Below are positions 62,552 through 64,000 of a stretch of DNA of 64,000 nucleotides, in pieces. Location of the stretch: the NCBI GenBank assembly GCA_963728565.1, contig CAVSLC010000023.1, positions 256,001 through 320,000 on the forward strand, in the 5' to 3' direction. Each line of letters starts with the position of its first letter. Positions within the stretch are counted from its first letter, which is position 1. Made by a program: the position numbers and the translations under genes. The notes below the pieces were generated by a model. That model made no database searches. It was not told the DNA's origin and worked only from the letters and a program-made list of their open reading frames with translations. The stretch is from an uncultured delta proteobacterium. GTDB lineage: Bacteria; Desulfobacterota; Binatia; UBA9968.

Positions 62552-63568
62552 GTGATCCGTCGCTTATCAACTCTCGCAATTGCCTTGCTTATTTTATATC
62601 CGGCGACCGTGACGGCGGCGCAAGAGCGGACAAGATTGGTGATAGGCTATTCTGCAATGCAGGCGCCGGTCGCTCCGCTTTGGGTCGCGCAAGAGCAGGG
62701 GTTTTTTACCAAGTATGGTATTGAGCCCGAACTTGTTTTTGTCAGAACTACTTCCGTTCATATCGCGGGGCTAATTTCCGGTCACATCGATCTTAGCTAC
62801 GGCGGTGGATCTGGAATTCTACCGGTGGCCGGACGCGGCATCGATTTGCGGTTCATAGCCTCCTTCGGCAGCCGTCTGACGCATTTCTTAGTAACACGCC
62901 CTGAGATACAACAGCCGAAAGATCTGCAAAACAAGCGAATGGGTGTCGTGAGCGTGGGGGGAACTCAGTGGATTACGACAAAGCTGGGATTGGAATATCT
63001 CGATGTTGACGAACAACGGGATAAAATTCGCATGCTTCCCATCGGCGACCAATCGATATTACGGGGAGCACTCGAAAGCGGTAATATCGATGCCGCTTTC
63101 TTCAACGGCGCTTTGGCCGAGGATCTCAGATCCAAGGGTTTCCGCATCCTGACGGATCTGCATTCAGCCAACATCAAGACATTGAGCTCAGGCGTCATCG
63201 TTAAAGGAACTTCTCTCCAGAAAGAACGCACTCTCACGACGAACTTGCTTCAAGCGGTGATCGAAGGGCTGGCATTTGTCAAATCGCCAACCCAAAAACC
63301 GCAGGTGATCAGAACCTTGATGGAAAGACTAAAAATCACCGATCGCGCGATTGCGGAACAGGGATACCGATACTTGCAAAGGGATCTCGATATGGGTCTT
63401 TATCCTGCGGTTGAGGGATTGAAAAATTTGCAACGTTTTATGCGAACGTATAATCCTCGCGTTGGCGAAGTGAACGCGACTGATCTGGTGGATGACAGCG
63501 TGGTTAGGGGTCTGATCGACAATGGATTTGTCGAAAAGATATTTCGTAGCTATGGGCTGAAGTACTAA
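62552..63568 (+). CDS. NitT/TauT-family ABC solute-binding protein
   Basis: Signal peptide, APLWVAQEQGFFTKYGIE and LVDDSVV..L...GF. Confidence 0.9.
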   Translation: MIRRLSTLAIALLILYPATVTAAQERTRLVIGYSAMQAPVAPLWVAQEQGFFTKYGIEPELVFVRTTSVHIAGLISGHIDLSYGGGSGILPVAGRGIDLRFIASFGSRLTHFLVTRPEIQQPKDLQNKRMGVVSVGGTQWITTKLGLEYLDVDEQRDKIRMLPIGDQSILRGALESGNIDAAFFNGALAEDLRSKGFRILTDLHSANIKTLSSGVIVKGTSLQKERTLTTNLLQAVIEGLAFVKSPTQKPQVIRTLMERLKITDRAIAEQGYRYLQRDLDMGLYPAVEGLKNLQRFMRTYNPRVGEVNATDLVDDSVVRGLIDNGFVEKIFRSYGLKY

Positions 63569-63570
63569 AG

Positions 63571-63711
63571 AGGTTGCTGAAAACTCTGGTTGCAGGCTGC
63601 TCAAAAAGATACAAGGCGCGTGAAAAATCGACGAGCTAAAGCGCACTTACAGTACGTTGCAGCGAGGCGATTGAGCGCAACGAAGCAATATGGTCTTTTT
63701 CAGCAGCCGGC
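63571..63711 (+). mobile_element. MITE-like repeat, copy B
   Basis: AGGTTGCTGAAAA...GCAGGCTGCTCAAAAAG...CTTTTTCAGCAGCCGG; inverted copy of 58080-58226. Confidence 0.7.
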
Positions 63712-63820
63712 TAAAGAGTAATCTCCGGATGTCGTTGGTAACTCGAACCCCTGGGCTCGGGCATCAGTTTCTGAATAGAGTTCCTCCTTAAAAATAAAAA
63801 GCGAAAGAAGGATCACAAAC

Positions 63821-64000
63821 ATGAACGCATTTCCAATCATAGATGCCGATGGGCATGTCACCGAAACGTTGGGTAGCCTCAAGAAGTATCTGAAGGAAGA
63901 GTATCGCGGTCGACCCCTGATGACGTCTGAGGCATGGGATCGATCTTTTAGTGGTACGTTAGGTAAGCGCAATGAAGACCCGAAAGTACAATTGGCGGAT
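63821..64000 (+). CDS. Amidohydrolase family protein, N-terminal part (runs off window)
   Basis: MNAFPIIDADGHVTE, the IDxDxH start typical of amidohydro_2 proteins. Confidence 0.8.
   Translation, partial: MNAFPIIDADGHVTETLGSLKKYLKEEYRGRPLMTSEAWDRSFSGTLGKRNEDPKVQLAD

Overview
Bacterial window, mostly GC-rich, standard genetic code (TGA is a normal stop in many genes). Gene content and codon style suggest a deltaproteobacterial/Binatota-like genome (inference), and several single-base frameshifts suggest a long-read or MAG assembly. The left part (1-37 kb) is a low-oxygen/stress island with about 11 sigma54-type (-24/-12) promoter matches. It carries gap, DoxX, a ferritin-like protein, nrfHA, an FNT channel, USP and CBS proteins, ftsH, glgP, a P-type ATPase, an orphan PaaA-like diiron protein, OsmC, a CDF transporter, a MacAB-like exporter and katG. 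The strongest signal is a candidate selenoprotein locus at 22-28 kb that the ORF track breaks up. Two tandem YeeE/YedE (PmpA/PmpB-like) genes each have an in-frame TGA exactly at the family's conserved Cys (GARLADG-U-TSGH and GF-U-PGT), each followed by a bacterial SECIS-like hairpin. An unannotated 50-codon membrane microprotein also has TGA plus a SECIS-like hairpin, and a decayed paralog of it has TCA at the same codon. The YeeE operon sits behind a sigma54 promoter and a ~240-nt, extensively self-pairing element that recurs at 6.7 kb (candidate novel ncRNA/leader). The right part (41-64 kb) is an IclR-headed catabolic cluster: SDRs, a xanthine-dehydrogenase-family Mo enzyme, UbiD, a flavoprotein, ComDE-like ThDP enzyme, Rieske oxygenase, two single-Cys Asp/Glu-racemase-fold proteins, GGT, an amidohydrolase and many solute-binding proteins, plus two copies of a MITE-like repeat. 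No rRNA, tRNA or CRISPR array was seen.
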